Sequence record: OP778610
Strand: one strand, 5' to 3'
Length of the DNA stretch: 64,000 nucleotides
DNA from: Escherichia phage W70
The notes beneath the pieces are model-generated. The model searched no databases. It was not told the origin of the DNA and was given only the letters and a program-made list of their open reading frames with translations. The translations under genes and the position numbers were made by a program. This document shows positions 38,410 through 48,281 of the stretch, piece after piece (positions within the stretch are counted from its first letter, which is position 1; the number at the start of each line of letters is the position of its first letter).

Positions 38410-38695
38410 TTTTCGGATTAAGTTTCTTTTCTGCGGCCTTCAAAATAATATCCAGCTTTTCAATTTCCTTATGTAAAGGCTCAGATAATAACTTCTCACC
38501 AAAAAGCCAGAATTTCTTCATGCCTTTCTTAACGCACTTTCCCATAAAGCCCGCGAGGTCTTCTAGTCGCCAAGCAATAAAACTAAATATTGCAGCTAAA
38601 AGGTGAATCAAGGCCAGTAGTAAACGATGCGGGTTTAGTACAGCAAGGCACAGGATCATAAAGATTATTTTAGTAAAACCCCAAATAATTTTCAT
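38378..38695 (-). CDS. small membrane protein
   Basis: 105 aa with two hydrophobic helices. Confidence 0.45.
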   Translation of the reverse strand: MKIIWGFTKIIFMILCLAVLNPHRLLLALIHLLAAIFSFIAWRLEDLAGFMGKCVKKGMKKFWLFGEKLLSEPLHKEIEKLDIILKAAEKKLNPKNVDKGEDDGV

Positions 38696-39078
38696 TCGTA
38701 ATTGATCTCCACTTTAACAATTTTACCAGTTTTATCATTGAATACTTCAATGTCATAGTATTCAACAACGCCTTCATCATCAAAAGAACTTTTTTGTTTG
38801 CAAGGTGATACCCAAAAACCGTGGATTACTGCCTCCTCCAGTCCGTCGGTATGTGATACAACACTCAATGTTGGGTAAGGGACCATAATAGGTTTTACCT
38901 CACCACAACCACACGTACAGCAAAATACTTCATCTTCTTCCAGTTGGTACAGTCGCTTTTCTGGAACAAAGGTCAGATGCGCCAAAGGATATTTAGAGAC
39001 GATGGCATTAATATAAGGTTTTCCTGCCAAGCTGTCAATAAATTCATTAAACTCTTTTCTATTTTTTGATAAGCTCAT
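38692..39078 (-). CDS. Cys-rich small protein (possible zinc-binding)
   Basis: 128 aa with CCTCGCG and a further Cys. Confidence 0.45.
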   Translation of the reverse strand: MSLSKNRKEFNEFIDSLAGKPYINAIVSKYPLAHLTFVPEKRLYQLEEDEVFCCTCGCGEVKPIMVPYPTLSVVSHTDGLEEAVIHGFWVSPCKQKSSFDDEGVVEYYDIEVFNDKTGKIVKVEINYE

Positions 39079-39311
39079 CGAGTACCTCCAAAAATATTTA
39101 AAGCTTTAGAATAATCAATGTGACCTGGAACAGTGTGGGCCTCTTGTACAAGGCATTGCCGACAAATACGTGACACAACTGTTGTCTTGATCTCTTCTGT
39201 ATCGTAGAAGCGAGACATTACCTTTGTAACTTGATTGCATTGAGTAATAACAAAATCGTGTTTACAACTTGGTTTGTTTTCTTCAGTTTCTTTCTTTTTA
39301 AAAGGCCACAT
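39075..39311 (-). CDS. zinc-ribbon-like small protein
   Basis: 78 aa with C-x10-C ... C-x2-C spacing. Confidence 0.45.
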   Translation of the reverse strand: MWPFKKKETEENKPSCKHDFVITQCNQVTKVMSRFYDTEEIKTTVVSRICRQCLVQEAHTVPGHIDYSKALNIFGGTR

Positions 39312-39319
39312 GGTGACTC

Positions 39320-39502
39320 CTATTCTTCAACTATTTCGTATTCATCTTTCAAGAGCATAAATTGATAGCCCTTGCCCTTATTCGCAATAATAGTACCAGA
39401 CGCGCTCTCTTTTGTCACGAAAAGAATTGAATCTTTTTGGACACCGTAATACTTAAGTTGCTCAAGCAGTTTGGTCTTTGATTCTAAGATTTTGACTTTC
39501 AT
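39320..39502 (-). CDS. hypothetical small protein
   Basis: 60 aa ORF. Confidence 0.35.
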   Translation of the reverse strand: MKVKILESKTKLLEQLKYYGVQKDSILFVTKESASGTIIANKGKGYQFMLLKDEYEIVEE

Positions 39503-39597
39503 TAGATATCAATTACTACGATTTCAAGCATTGAGTTTTCAACAGCTTCCTTATGTTTTGCTGAGTAAAATTTCATTTAATTATCCTCTCTGCCAGT

Positions 39598-39864
39598 TTA
39601 TAATTTTTCTTTGCCTAAAGTAAGACTAATTTCGAAAGTTTTTGTGATAACTTTATCGTCTTTGTCGAAGAAATCAAATTGGACATAACTCTCGGTCGAA
39701 CTGACAACCAGACCTACAGAGACAGTCCCTTCTGGTACGAGAGCCTTATATTCTTCTTTTAGCACAACGTCGTAAAAATACAACGCTCCACAATAAACTT
39801 CATCCCAACCATCAAAAGATTCGATGAAAGCTTTTTCAATACCAACTAAAGTATTTTCTGACAT
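39598..39864 (-). CDS. hypothetical protein
   Basis: 88 aa ORF. Confidence 0.45.
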   Translation of the reverse strand: MSENTLVGIEKAFIESFDGWDEVYCGALYFYDVVLKEEYKALVPEGTVSVGLVVSSTESYVQFDFFDKDDKVITKTFEISLTLGKEKL

Positions 39865-39887
39865 TATATTATCCTCTTCGTTTCAAG

Positions 39888-40154
39888 TTAGATATAGTCT
39901 ACACCAGCTTGTTCCAACAAGTCAAGCCTTAATTTAAGTTCTTTTTCACGATAGTCGGAAACAAGTTTATCCTTTTTCTTTTCTTCTTCGTCGAACTGTT
40001 CGAGTGGAAGAATACGAATAATGTGCTCTGCCTTCATGTAGGACGTTGATCCGATAAGCTGAACATTACCATTTGGTAACAATCGACCCTTGATCACCCG
40101 ATAACGAGGGAACAAGTCATATTTAACAATCGCGGTAACTGCTAGATTACTCAT
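39888..40154 (-). CDS. hypothetical protein
   Basis: 88 aa ORF. Confidence 0.45.
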   Translation of the reverse strand: MSNLAVTAIVKYDLFPRYRVIKGRLLPNGNVQLIGSTSYMKAEHIIRILPLEQFDEEEKKKDKLVSDYREKELKLRLDLLEQAGVDYI

Positions 40155-40524
40155 GTGTATTCTCCATATCGCGAATTCGATCTTCTACCCAACCACGACG
40201 ATAAATGTTGAGGTAAGATTTACCTTTTGAACCATGATGGGCATATTCGTCAAAATCAAAATCAAAAGGCGTCTCGGTGTTAAGACCCGCATCAAAGAAT
40301 TGATTCTTCATTTCGAATTGCACTTTCATGTCTGGATCATTTTTACCTAAAAATGAAGACAAATTAAAACAAAGGCCAGCACCTCGGTAAAAAGCCCCAT
40401 CTTTTGGTGCACCGATATCTAACCATTTTTTATATTCTCGGTAGAAATTCAGAAGTTGCGGACTGCTTTTCATTTTGTTCTCCTCATTTGTTTTGATAGG
40501 ACTACTATAACATAGTCCTATCAA
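40147..40524 (-). CDS. hypothetical protein, paralogue of 49859-50155
   Basis: 125 aa; shares FY..Y..WLD.GAP......GLC..L...........F.DAGL....PFD with the 49859-50155 product. Confidence 0.5.
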   Translation of the reverse strand: MIGLCYSSPIKTNEENKMKSSPQLLNFYREYKKWLDIGAPKDGAFYRGAGLCFNLSSFLGKNDPDMKVQFEMKNQFFDAGLNTETPFDFDFDEYAHHGSKGKSYLNIYRRGWVEDRIRDMENTHE

Positions 40525-40606
40525 CTTGTATACTATTTAATTAAAGATTTTATGAATGCTTGGTAGGACCCTTCTTTAAATACTCATCTGGATAATAAAA
40601 ATCATC

Positions 40607-40984
40607 CTATACTCCAAATGTGGATTTGATTTCAGCAATAACCTCATGCACATTGTTTTCGTTTACTTCAAATGTGTAGGACGTTGGTTTAAGGAACGTC
40701 TGAGGTGAAACATTAACAAAGAATTCAAATTCATCATTAAAAATTTCAAAGTATTTTCCAGGTGTTGATTCTTGGCTTTTGAAAACAGTACCATCTTCCA
40801 TAGTAACAGAAGAAACAGATTTTTCACCAAGGGTGTATGTTTTTAGCTCGTCAACAACGAAACTGGGGCCGTGGCGACGGAGTATTTCAACCATAGTTCG
40901 GTTAGCTCCACAAATACCAGTACGATTAATAAATAACTCTTCACACCGAGGATTGAGAATATAAGTTTTTCCTACTTGCATCAT
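40607..40984 (-). CDS. Glu/Asp-rich small protein, tandem paralogue 1 of 3
   Basis: 125 aa; conserved VGKTYILNP, HGP.FVV, EDG, E.EF.F, I.EIKSTF. Confidence 0.55.
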   Translation of the reverse strand: MMQVGKTYILNPRCEELFINRTGICGANRTMVEILRRHGPSFVVDELKTYTLGEKSVSSVTMEDGTVFKSQESTPGKYFEIFNDEFEFFVNVSPQTFLKPTSYTFEVNENNVHEVIAEIKSTFGV

Positions 40985-40994
40985 TACAATCTCC

Positions 40995-41354
40995 TTATGC
41001 TAAGTTAAATGTGGATTTGATCAGGTCAATAACCTCTTGTGCGTTGCTCTCCGACACAGATACCTGAATAATTTTAAGGTCGCTGACCTCTTCAAAGTAT
41101 TCGAACTCAGATTCACGAAGTTCAAAGTACATTGCCCCACAGCCCACACTGAATGAATCACACCCTACAGCACCATCTTCTGTTGTGATGTTATTAACAT
41201 ACTCATCACCTTCGATCATGCTCATGTTGTTAACAATAAATCGTGGCCCGTGCTCATCCAGAAAAGAAACAATCTCGTGATTGTAACTTGGGTCAGCCTG
41301 AATAAATTCTTCTACGAGTTTTGGATTAAGTTTATAAGTTTTTCCGACTTCCAT
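40995..41354 (-). CDS. Glu/Asp-rich small protein, tandem paralogue 2 of 3
   Basis: 119 aa; same conserved blocks, C-terminus IDLIKSTFNLA. Confidence 0.55.
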   Translation of the reverse strand: MEVGKTYKLNPKLVEEFIQADPSYNHEIVSFLDEHGPRFIVNNMSMIEGDEYVNNITTEDGAVGCDSFSVGCGAMYFELRESEFEYFEEVSDLKIIQVSVSESNAQEVIDLIKSTFNLA

Positions 41355-41365
41355 CTTTGTTCTCC

Positions 41366-41740
41366 TTACGCCAGGTTAAAGGTAGCTTTAATCAAATCTA
41401 AAGTTTCTTGTGCATTACTACGAGAGACGGCAACCTGAATAATAACAGGGTCTTCATCTTCCCCGACTTCTTTGAAGAAGGGAAATTCACTCTCTGCAAG
41501 TTCAAAGTATACACACTTGTTACCTTCGCAGTCGTGAAAAACGTCACTACCTAAAGTACCATCTTCAAATATGACATTGTTAACATATGCAACATTATCA
41601 TAGAAGTGGGTGGTGTTGACAACAAATTTAGGACCGTGCTTATAAATAAGGTCAACCAATTCTTGATTGTAGCTAGGGTCCATATTGATAAAAGCTTTTT
41701 CTAAGTCTTTATTAAGAATGTAAGTTTTTCCGATTTCCAT
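41366..41740 (-). CDS. Glu/Asp-rich small protein, tandem paralogue 3 of 3
   Basis: Start set at internal MEIGKTYILN (ATG about 41740) with SD gaggag; C-terminus IDLIKATFNLA. Confidence 0.55.
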   Translation of the reverse strand: MEIGKTYILNKDLEKAFINMDPSYNQELVDLIYKHGPKFVVNTTHFYDNVAYVNNVIFEDGTLGSDVFHDCEGNKCVYFELAESEFPFFKEVGEDEDPVIIQVAVSRSNAQETLDLIKATFNLA

Positions 41741-41769
41741 CTTTGCTCTCCTCTTCAGTTGATGGATAC

Positions 41770-41799
41770 ATCTTAGTTGATATAGACATGTCTTGTCAA
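41770..41799 (-). promoter_or_regulatory. sigma70-like promoter (TTGACA, 18 nt, TAAGAT)
   Basis: Between the polymerase terminator and the paralogue array on the - strand. Confidence 0.4.
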
Positions 41800-41809
41800 T
41801 AACTTTTTG

Positions 41810-41843
41810 CACATAAAAGAAAACCACCCTTCGGGGTGGTTTA
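41810..41843 (-). terminator. rho-independent terminator after the DNA polymerase
   Basis: aaaccaccc-cgaa-gggtggttt hairpin followed by a T-run on the - strand. Confidence 0.65.
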
Positions 41844-41848
41844 AATTA

Positions 41849-42148
41849 CTAGTGGCACGCCCCCCAGTTCATCCCTGTGAGGTATTCACCTGTTATGTGG
41901 ACAGGAGATTTCATCATTCGTGCTGCTTGCTCTACACAACGAACAACCATCTCTCCAACTGGACAATACATGATCGTGTAGATTCCATTCTCATCAGGAT
42001 CACACTTAAACTTCCCTTCTTTCACACAATGACCATCCAAGATCATTTTCTTAGCCAAGCAAGCTTCTACAAATTTCTTCGCGTCAGCTTCGTTGTCAAA
42101 GGTCCAGGTCTTCTTGAACTTGTGCGGTACTTCAAGCTGGTATTCATC
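41849..42148 (-). CDS. DNA polymerase (family A), exon 2
   Basis: Begins DEYQLEV (completing motif C HDE with the His that ends exon 1) and ends TGMNWGACH, resembling the T7 gp5 C-terminus as recalled. The Met at 42199 in the ORF track lies inside the intron. Confidence 0.75.
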   Translation of the reverse strand, partial: DEYQLEVPHKFKKTWTFDNEADAKKFVEACLAKKMILDGHCVKEGKFKCDPDENGIYTIMYCPVGEMVVRCVEQAARMMKSPVHITGEYLTGMNWGACH

Positions 42149-42920
42149 CAAAAGTTTAACGAGGTCGTTACTCTCGCCCACATCATTACATGTTGCCATA
42201 CGTTTTCACATATGGATCGGACTATATCACCATCCTTTTCAGGATGCTCCCCATTTCGACGGCACTTGCTCGCCTACGCCTCTCGGCTAGTCTCTGAACG
42301 TTAGGACCATGTGTAGTCACAAGAGATGTGTGTCCAGTTTTTACGGATTTTTATGGACCTTACCACGTTGTAAGGATAACCCATATCCCGAATCTGTGCA
42401 CTTCCATAACCTTGCCCCAGGAAGTTGCAAATCTCTCTAACCTCTTCTTCGGTAACTATACTTCTGGCGTTATCAACCCCTGTTGCTGAACGACATTTAT
42501 CAGCAAAGGTTTTCTTGATATTTCCACCACGAGTTGTCCATTGGAGGTTTGAATAGTGGTTATTCCTTTTGTCAGGCCACTTATGATCAACCTCCGGCAA
42601 ACCTTCAGGGTTTGGTACAAAACACTCTGCCACCAAAACGTGAACAGCCTTTGTAGTCGTCCTTTTGTTGAGATACAGACTTACAATAAGATACCCACGT
42701 CCATTATCAACTGCCGCCATTGGTTTCCCTCGACGACCTATAATGGTCCCGTCTTCATAAACCTTGTAACCGAAATAATCTTTATATTCCACATGATCCT
42801 CTTCGCTGCTGATTAACATAGTCTCATACTAACTCACACTTGAATTAATATCAACCTTAGTCTTCCAGCAATTAAAGGAGTTTTCGATGTGAGTTACCTC
42901 ACAAAGCCACAATGTTACTT
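42149..42920 (-). mobile_element. group I intron with HNH homing endonuclease, in DNA polymerase motif C
   Basis: About 772 nt between ...YYH and DEYQLEV; - strand carries R element GUUCAGAGACUA (42288-42299) and S-like GAUAUAGUCC (42219-42228); 5-prime exon ends in U, intron ends in G. Confidence 0.75.
42301..42819 (-). CDS. HNH homing endonuclease (intron-encoded)
   Basis: 172 aa; AVHVLVAECFVPNPEGLPEVDHKWPDKRNNHYSNLQW is typical of phage HNH endonucleases; sits wholly inside the intron upstream of the R element. Confidence 0.8.
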   Translation of the reverse strand: MLISSEEDHVEYKDYFGYKVYEDGTIIGRRGKPMAAVDNGRGYLIVSLYLNKRTTTKAVHVLVAECFVPNPEGLPEVDHKWPDKRNNHYSNLQWTTRGGNIKKTFADKCRSATGVDNARSIVTEEEVREICNFLGQGYGSAQIRDMGYPYNVVRSIKIRKNWTHISCDYTWS

Positions 42921-45251
42921 ATGGTAATAGATAATACGTCTAACGCCTTCATCATACCAACCTTTCTTAACCAACTGCCAGTGCAGGAGGATACCCACCA
43001 AGTCAAACAGTGCAGCACCACCATTCTGCTGATAAGCATTAAGCAATGAGTGTTTGGAACGAGTGTAGATCTTACGTCCATCAAGACCGTAGATGAATCG
43101 CTTACCGTTAGCTTCCCAAAACTTCTCTAGTGCTTCTTTACGACCTTTCAAGCCGATGTTGCTATCCCAGAATGCGTCGATTACTGCCTGGGCCTTCTCA
43201 AGAGTGATCCCCAGCATTGATGCAATCTTCGCTGCCTGTGCCCCGTACATAATTCCGTATGTCACACCTTTACCTTCACCACGAGAAACCTTCTTCCCTG
43301 CCGCTTTGGTATACGCTTCTGCGTTTCGGGAGTGAGCATCTCCAGATTCCATGATACGAAGATAAGCACCGCCATCGAAATCATAAGCGCCCCATGCTGC
43401 GATCATACCTTCTAGGTTTGAACCGTCGATACCTACCTGATATTTACCCTCAGAGGCTCTGAATAGTTCACGCATCTCTTTACCGAGAAGAACTTTCTCA
43501 TCCGGCTTAGGTACGTTTGCTACGATCGTATGCTTACGACGACCTGTGTTAGTTATTCCACTATAACGGGCCGGAAGTTTACCGTCAACTCGTAGACGTG
43601 GATGGTTAAGCCATCCGGTATCAACCTTCTCTTCTTTCAGCGGGTCAAGAACAGATCGTCGGTTACGTAAAGACAGCCATTTAACAATCTGTTTAGCCAT
43701 TTCACCATCTACTCGCTCAAGGTTAGGGCAAAGACCCTGTTGATCCTTAAGTTGTGGAGATGTAGGTAATGCACGAGCTTTCTTACGGAAAAACTTGAAC
43801 ATCTTTTCTTTATCTGACCACTGCTTAGGTGTGATCGCCAAGCTTTTCAGAATCAGATCACGATACTCCGTCTGATCCAAATCTTCAATGTATTGACGAA
43901 CAATCAGATCAACTTCACTATCGGGACGTTGTTTCTTGAACTGATCTTTAGTTGCATCCTTTGTACGCCAAATTGTTGGGACCCATCCTGCATCACGGAT
44001 CAGGAACTTCTTAACGTCGTCCTGGTTACCAATACGCATCGGAATCATAATGTCCGGCATCTTTTGTTCTTTGATATCCATCAAAGCACGAGCCATATCT
44101 TCCGGCGGCAAAGGAACAAGCCCTTGCTGCTTAACGTTTTGTGCACGGATAAAATCACCCATTTTGGATTCGTCCTCTACACCGTGTTCAACACAATACT
44201 TGATCGCGGCAGCAGTAAGAGATCCGTCAGCCTTAAACGGCTTACTTGGTGCACCTTTAAATTCCAAGGCTTCCCAATTGATATTATAACCTAACTTCTC
44301 TAACCATTTCCAACCTGTACCGGAAAGAGATCCATCACCCTTGAAAGGTTTGGATGGGAATGTCGGTTGTGCTGATTTCGACATCTCTTTCTTCGGCAAC
44401 TTAGGTTCAACCTCTAACTCAATGTCAGTCATCATCTTATCGATACGATCACGAAGCTTGAGTGCTTTTTCTTCATCAAATGAAACACCCTGAATTTCTT
44501 GCTCAATCATCAGGTAGTCAGTCAACATACCTCGACGCAGGGCATTCTTCCAGTTGATCATTTTATACTTCTTCTGATCTTTGTCTGTTTCATCCTTAAA
44601 CATGAAGCGTTTATCATCCGGCATGGATTCACAGGAGATCTCTTTCATCAGAGCATCCCACACCATTTCGTTGATAATTACGTCTTCAATAATACGATCG
44701 CAATACTTCCAAAGTGGAAGGCCACGCCAATCTTCAATCGCCACTTTCTGGTTAGCTACTCGCATACCCCAAGCTTCAAGCCCGTGTGGCCCTACAGGCT
44801 TCATTTTACCTGTGACGGGGTTCTTTACCATCTCAGGACAACCGCGAGGCAGAGGGCGATCTGGATACAATGTACGGGACATTGAAAGTGTATCGAAGAT
44901 GGTTACTTGTTTACCATTGATCGTCCCCATGCAACCAGGGTCTGCAAACATATCGTAAGTTGTTCCTAGCATCTTCTTAAACAACTGGAGGTCATAGCCG
45001 AAGATGTTGTGGATAGCAACTGCTTTAGGCTCGGTAACGAACCATTCGTTTAATTCTTCAAGGGTGCGGATCTTGAAGTTTTTACCTTTAGATTGGATAA
45101 ATTTAACAGCTTGATCGTAACCTTCTCGCTGTGGATCAAGAAAGATGTTCCAGTTATCTTTTTTGTACTCTTTAAACAAGATGCAGTGGATTAGATCAAC
45201 TTCTGTCAACAGACCATTAGCTTCCGCATCTCCAATAAATAAGCCTTTCAT
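42921..45251 (-). CDS. DNA polymerase (family A), exon 1
   Basis: N-terminal exonuclease motif (FIGDAEANGL), motif A-like GIDGSNLEG, motif B RGEGKGVTYGIMYGA; the track ORF terminates at an in-intron stop just after YYH. Confidence 0.85.
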
Positions 45252-45290
45252 TTTTTCTCCTTCTTTTAAACTCCAACTAGACTAAAACAA

Positions 45291-45325
45291 AGCCTAGCCG
45301 GAGGTATGACCCTTCGGCTAGGTTA
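45291..45325 (-). terminator. hairpin (attenuator or terminator) upstream of the polymerase
   Basis: cctagccg / cggctagg stem with a 13-nt loop followed by T-rich sequence on the - strand. Confidence 0.35.
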
Positions 45326-45417
45326 TCAAAAGTGTCGGTATCCTTCATCAACAAAATAAAGTATTACCAAGATGGCAAACACGACACCCAAGAATATTAA
45401 TCCTAGTGAAGTTGGCA

Positions 45418-45693
45418 TCAGTCTTCTATTACCTCAAATTCATCATTAAAAGCTACGATAGTTTCACCGTAGCCCATGTTTAATCGGGCAGTTGTAGGTT
45501 TGCCATTCCTAGATAGATAGTACACCCTCGCTTCGTAAATGTCACCAACTTTTACACCGTAAGCCTGTAGGTCTTTGTTATTGATATCTTTATTTTCAGC
45601 ATTGATTATTCGAACACTGCTGATCTCTGAGTATACAGAATTATCTTTCATCAGTATTTTTCCTCTGGACGGAAAACTCCACGGCAAGCCCAC
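45418..45693 (-). CDS. hypothetical protein
   Basis: 91 aa ORF. Confidence 0.45.
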   Translation of the reverse strand: MGLPWSFPSRGKILMKDNSVYSEISSVRIINAENKDINNKDLQAYGVKVGDIYEARVYYLSRNGKPTTARLNMGYGETIVAFNDEFEVIED

Positions 45694-45941
45694 ATACTTG
45701 CTTCTTTGAGGCGATCTTTAGCCTTAGATAAGCAATCAGATGCAAAAAGCACGGAATCTAGATCCCCTTCGGGAATCGAAGAGTCATTAGCCAGTCGATT
45801 ATATTCCTCAATAATCTCGTCTTCTAATGCTTTTAAAATAAGACCTAAACGAATTTCAGCATCTTTAATGGCATTCACCTTACCGATTTTTTCATCGGTG
45901 TGTGGTTTGTAGCCCTTAATGTCATCAATAGCCATTACCAA
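45651..45941 (-). CDS. hypothetical protein
   Basis: 96 aa ORF. Confidence 0.45.
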   Translation of the reverse strand: MVMAIDDIKGYKPHTDEKIGKVNAIKDAEIRLGLILKALEDEIIEEYNRLANDSSIPEGDLDSVLFASDCLSKAKDRLKEASMWACRGVFRPEEKY

Positions 45942-46423
45942 TCCTCTTCTGTTTGTTCATACTCGGAAGGGGTGATGAAGTAATTCTGCCCCCGCTTGCA
46001 CTGGTTGAAAGTCCCAACATACCAAGTACCGATATCCATGTTGATGAAAGTTTCTTCTTGAACAAAGATCAGATCAGTAAGATTATTGTCTGATCGTTGG
46101 GTCGCTAACAAAATATGCTCAAAATCTGCTAATGTTATGTTGTAACAGAAACCATCTTCGTCCTCCATAACTGCAACAACAGAGCTACGCCCTTGGGTGA
46201 ATTGACGAAACTGTAAACGTAAATGACGATGTTCATGTTCATTCGTCTTCACCTTTTTCCGATTTTCGAAATATTCTTCGGAATAATTTGGATGCTTTAA
46301 TTTCAGCTTTTCGATCTCTTCGGTAGAAAGAGCATCCTTATCCCAACCAGTAAACCATTTACCGTTATCATTAAATACCGCAGGGTATTTACGCTTACTC
46401 AAATCTTTAAACATTTGAATCAT
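45935..46423 (-). CDS. hypothetical protein
   Basis: 162 aa ORF. Confidence 0.5.
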   Translation of the reverse strand: MIQMFKDLSKRKYPAVFNDNGKWFTGWDKDALSTEEIEKLKLKHPNYSEEYFENRKKVKTNEHEHRHLRLQFRQFTQGRSSVVAVMEDEDGFCYNITLADFEHILLATQRSDNNLTDLIFVQEETFINMDIGTWYVGTFNQCKRGQNYFITPSEYEQTEEDW

Positions 46424-46793
46424 CTCCTTCAGCTAGGCTACGAATATACTTGAAAATTTCTTCATGATCATTACCAAATGCAACATATCCCTTTTCAGCA
46501 TCAAGTCCATAATTATGCTCTATTTTCTCTAAAAAGCAATTTCCGTAAGTAATTTTTTCAACCAGGGGATCGGATTCTGAAAAACCCAACCCAAAAGCTT
46601 TCCAGTGCTCACGTTTAAGCTCCACGTATTCCCACGGTTTATCTCCATCGTGGAATAACACAAGGGTGTCTTGATCTTTCTTTTCTACATTGACATGACC
46701 ATAAAATCCACTGGGCGATTTGTTAAATTTCATAATCTTCTCCGTAAATATCTTTAATTTTTGAACTGAGGTATCCAGGATCGCAGCCATCAT
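46407..46793 (-). CDS. hypothetical protein
   Basis: 128 aa ORF. Confidence 0.5.
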   Translation of the reverse strand: MMAAILDTSVQKLKIFTEKIMKFNKSPSGFYGHVNVEKKDQDTLVLFHDGDKPWEYVELKREHWKAFGLGFSESDPLVEKITYGNCFLEKIEHNYGLDAEKGYVAFGNDHEEIFKYIRSLAEGDDSNV

Positions 46794-47055
46794 ACCACAC
46801 TTCTACGAAAACCTTTTGGGAATCTTTGATGATCTTTGCCCCGACTCTTTCAATCCCCTTGAAGAAAGATTGTAAGATGTAATCATCTAACACGTTTACT
46901 CCATAAGCATCGTGGAGGGATTTTTCATCGTGAACATACACAACCATCTTACCATCATACGTAACTTGAATGCAAGGGTCATCTTCCCAAGTAATAGCCG
47001 GAGAATCCGGCTCAAGCTTTGCAATAACACCAATAGTCAATCGGTTGTCACTCAC
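46723..47055 (-). CDS. hypothetical protein
   Basis: 110 aa ORF; start likely at an internal Met given the overlap. Confidence 0.45.
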   Translation of the reverse strand: MSDNRLTIGVIAKLEPDSPAITWEDDPCIQVTYDGKMVVYVHDEKSLHDAYGVNVLDDYILQSFFKGIERVGAKIIKDSQKVFVEVWYDGCDPGYLSSKIKDIYGEDYEI

Positions 47056-48269
47056 TCTTTACCCCCTGCGATGCGTAACATTTGGATAGTTTTCTCCAGT
47101 TCTTTACGAGGTTTGGCAACTAAACGACGTTCGTGTCGCTTCAGGAAGCCTTCTAAGAACTCTAACGGTTTAAAGGATAACACTTCCTGTACTGATTCGT
47201 CAACAGCATACTCTTTCTGGACCATACGATAAACCGGATTTTTTACAGTTACAGGAGTATAACCCTTACTGATCGCCATTTGGGTAACAACACGCTTCTT
47301 GCCATCGGTCCATGAGTCATCGATCGGGAAAGAATCTTTACCGTATTTTTCAGAGAATAACTTAACTGCTGTTTTTGTCAAGTCATCCTGATCTTCTTGT
47401 GTTCGACTTTGACCCCAATAATAACCACCAGAGGTCTTAGCACGACGTTCCGAGAACAAAGCAAGGTCATCGTACTGCTCAAGAGCTAAACGCGCCAGAA
47501 GCTCGATATCGTCGCTTTCTGACAGCAGTCGGTTTGCTTCGTACTTAACTTCAAAAGTATTTGCACTATCACGATCACGGTCAAGGGTGAAAGCTTCTGG
47601 CTTGAAGTCGTAATCGAATTTAAAATTACCTGGAACACGAGTAACGAACAGTCCATTTACAAACAGGTTGCAGTCACCGCCTGTGATAGATCCATCCTCT
47701 TCTTCATTTTGGTATTCGTCCGCAGCATTATACAGTTTAGTATAAGCTTTGCCGCGATCATTCTGAATAACGACTGTACGTTCAGTGGTTGGCGCATAGT
47801 TATTCATAATTTCAGACATAGCACAATGAGGGATGTTTTCAATGATCACAGTTACAGTATTTGAATCACGGCCTGACAAAGCCTTTTCATGGATATCTAC
47901 CGCCAAAATATTCTGTTCGTATACTGTATCATAAACCATATTTGGAATCCAAAGATCATTACCATTTTCGATAACAATGTCTGCACCTTCACGAACAAGC
48001 ACCAGAAGACCTACTTTCAGACCTTCACCAAACTTACCGATCTTGCTGTCATCATCACGTTTGGTTGAAACACCCATCAAAAGGCCGGAAACGGGAACAA
48101 CACCGCCACGAGAGATGATTGTGATCTTACCTTGATTACTATCATCTTTACTAAAATAAATATTGAAATCTTCTGTATCGATAGCATTTTGCATTAGTTC
48201 ACGAGCACCTTGCCACCATGACCAGTGACTGACGTAATTTTCAGTGATGCTCAATTTAATCTGTTTCAT
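47052..48269 (-). CDS. GHKL-type ATPase-like protein
   Basis: 405 aa; N-box-like ELMQNAIDT at residues about 24-32 and G2-box-like GKFGEGLKVG about 50 residues later; no clear DxGxG box. Confidence 0.4.
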   Translation of the reverse strand: MKQIKLSITENYVSHWSWWQGARELMQNAIDTEDFNIYFSKDDSNQGKITIISRGGVVPVSGLLMGVSTKRDDDSKIGKFGEGLKVGLLVLVREGADIVIENGNDLWIPNMVYDTVYEQNILAVDIHEKALSGRDSNTVTVIIENIPHCAMSEIMNNYAPTTERTVVIQNDRGKAYTKLYNAADEYQNEEEDGSITGGDCNLFVNGLFVTRVPGNFKFDYDFKPEAFTLDRDRDSANTFEVKYEANRLLSESDDIELLARLALEQYDDLALFSERRAKTSGGYYWGQSRTQEDQDDLTKTAVKLFSEKYGKDSFPIDDSWTDGKKRVVTQMAISKGYTPVTVKNPVYRMVQKEYAVDESVQEVLSFKPLEFLEGFLKRHERRLVAKPRKELEKTIQMLRIAGGKE

Positions 48270-48281
48270 TTATTTGCCCTC

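Noticed and set aside
41849-42199. 116-aa ORF as an independent gene starting at Met 42199
   Set aside because: Its first 17 codons lie within the intron (after the S element); the coding part begins at the restored motif C.
41807-42304. + strand 165-aa ORF, and 53299-53649 + strand 116-aa ORF
   Set aside because: They overlap intron cores and exon ends on the opposite strand and have no start context; shadow ORFs.
42149-42920. Intein instead of intron in the polymerase
   Set aside because: The insert has in-frame stops relative to the host ORF and RNA-level R/S elements; the HNH ORF is in its own frame with its own start.
42915-45251. DNA polymerase as a truncated pseudogene (ORF ends before motif C)
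   Set aside because: The missing Asp-Glu and C-terminus are encoded downstream in frame after a sequence with group I intron core elements; interruption by an intron explains the stop better than decay.
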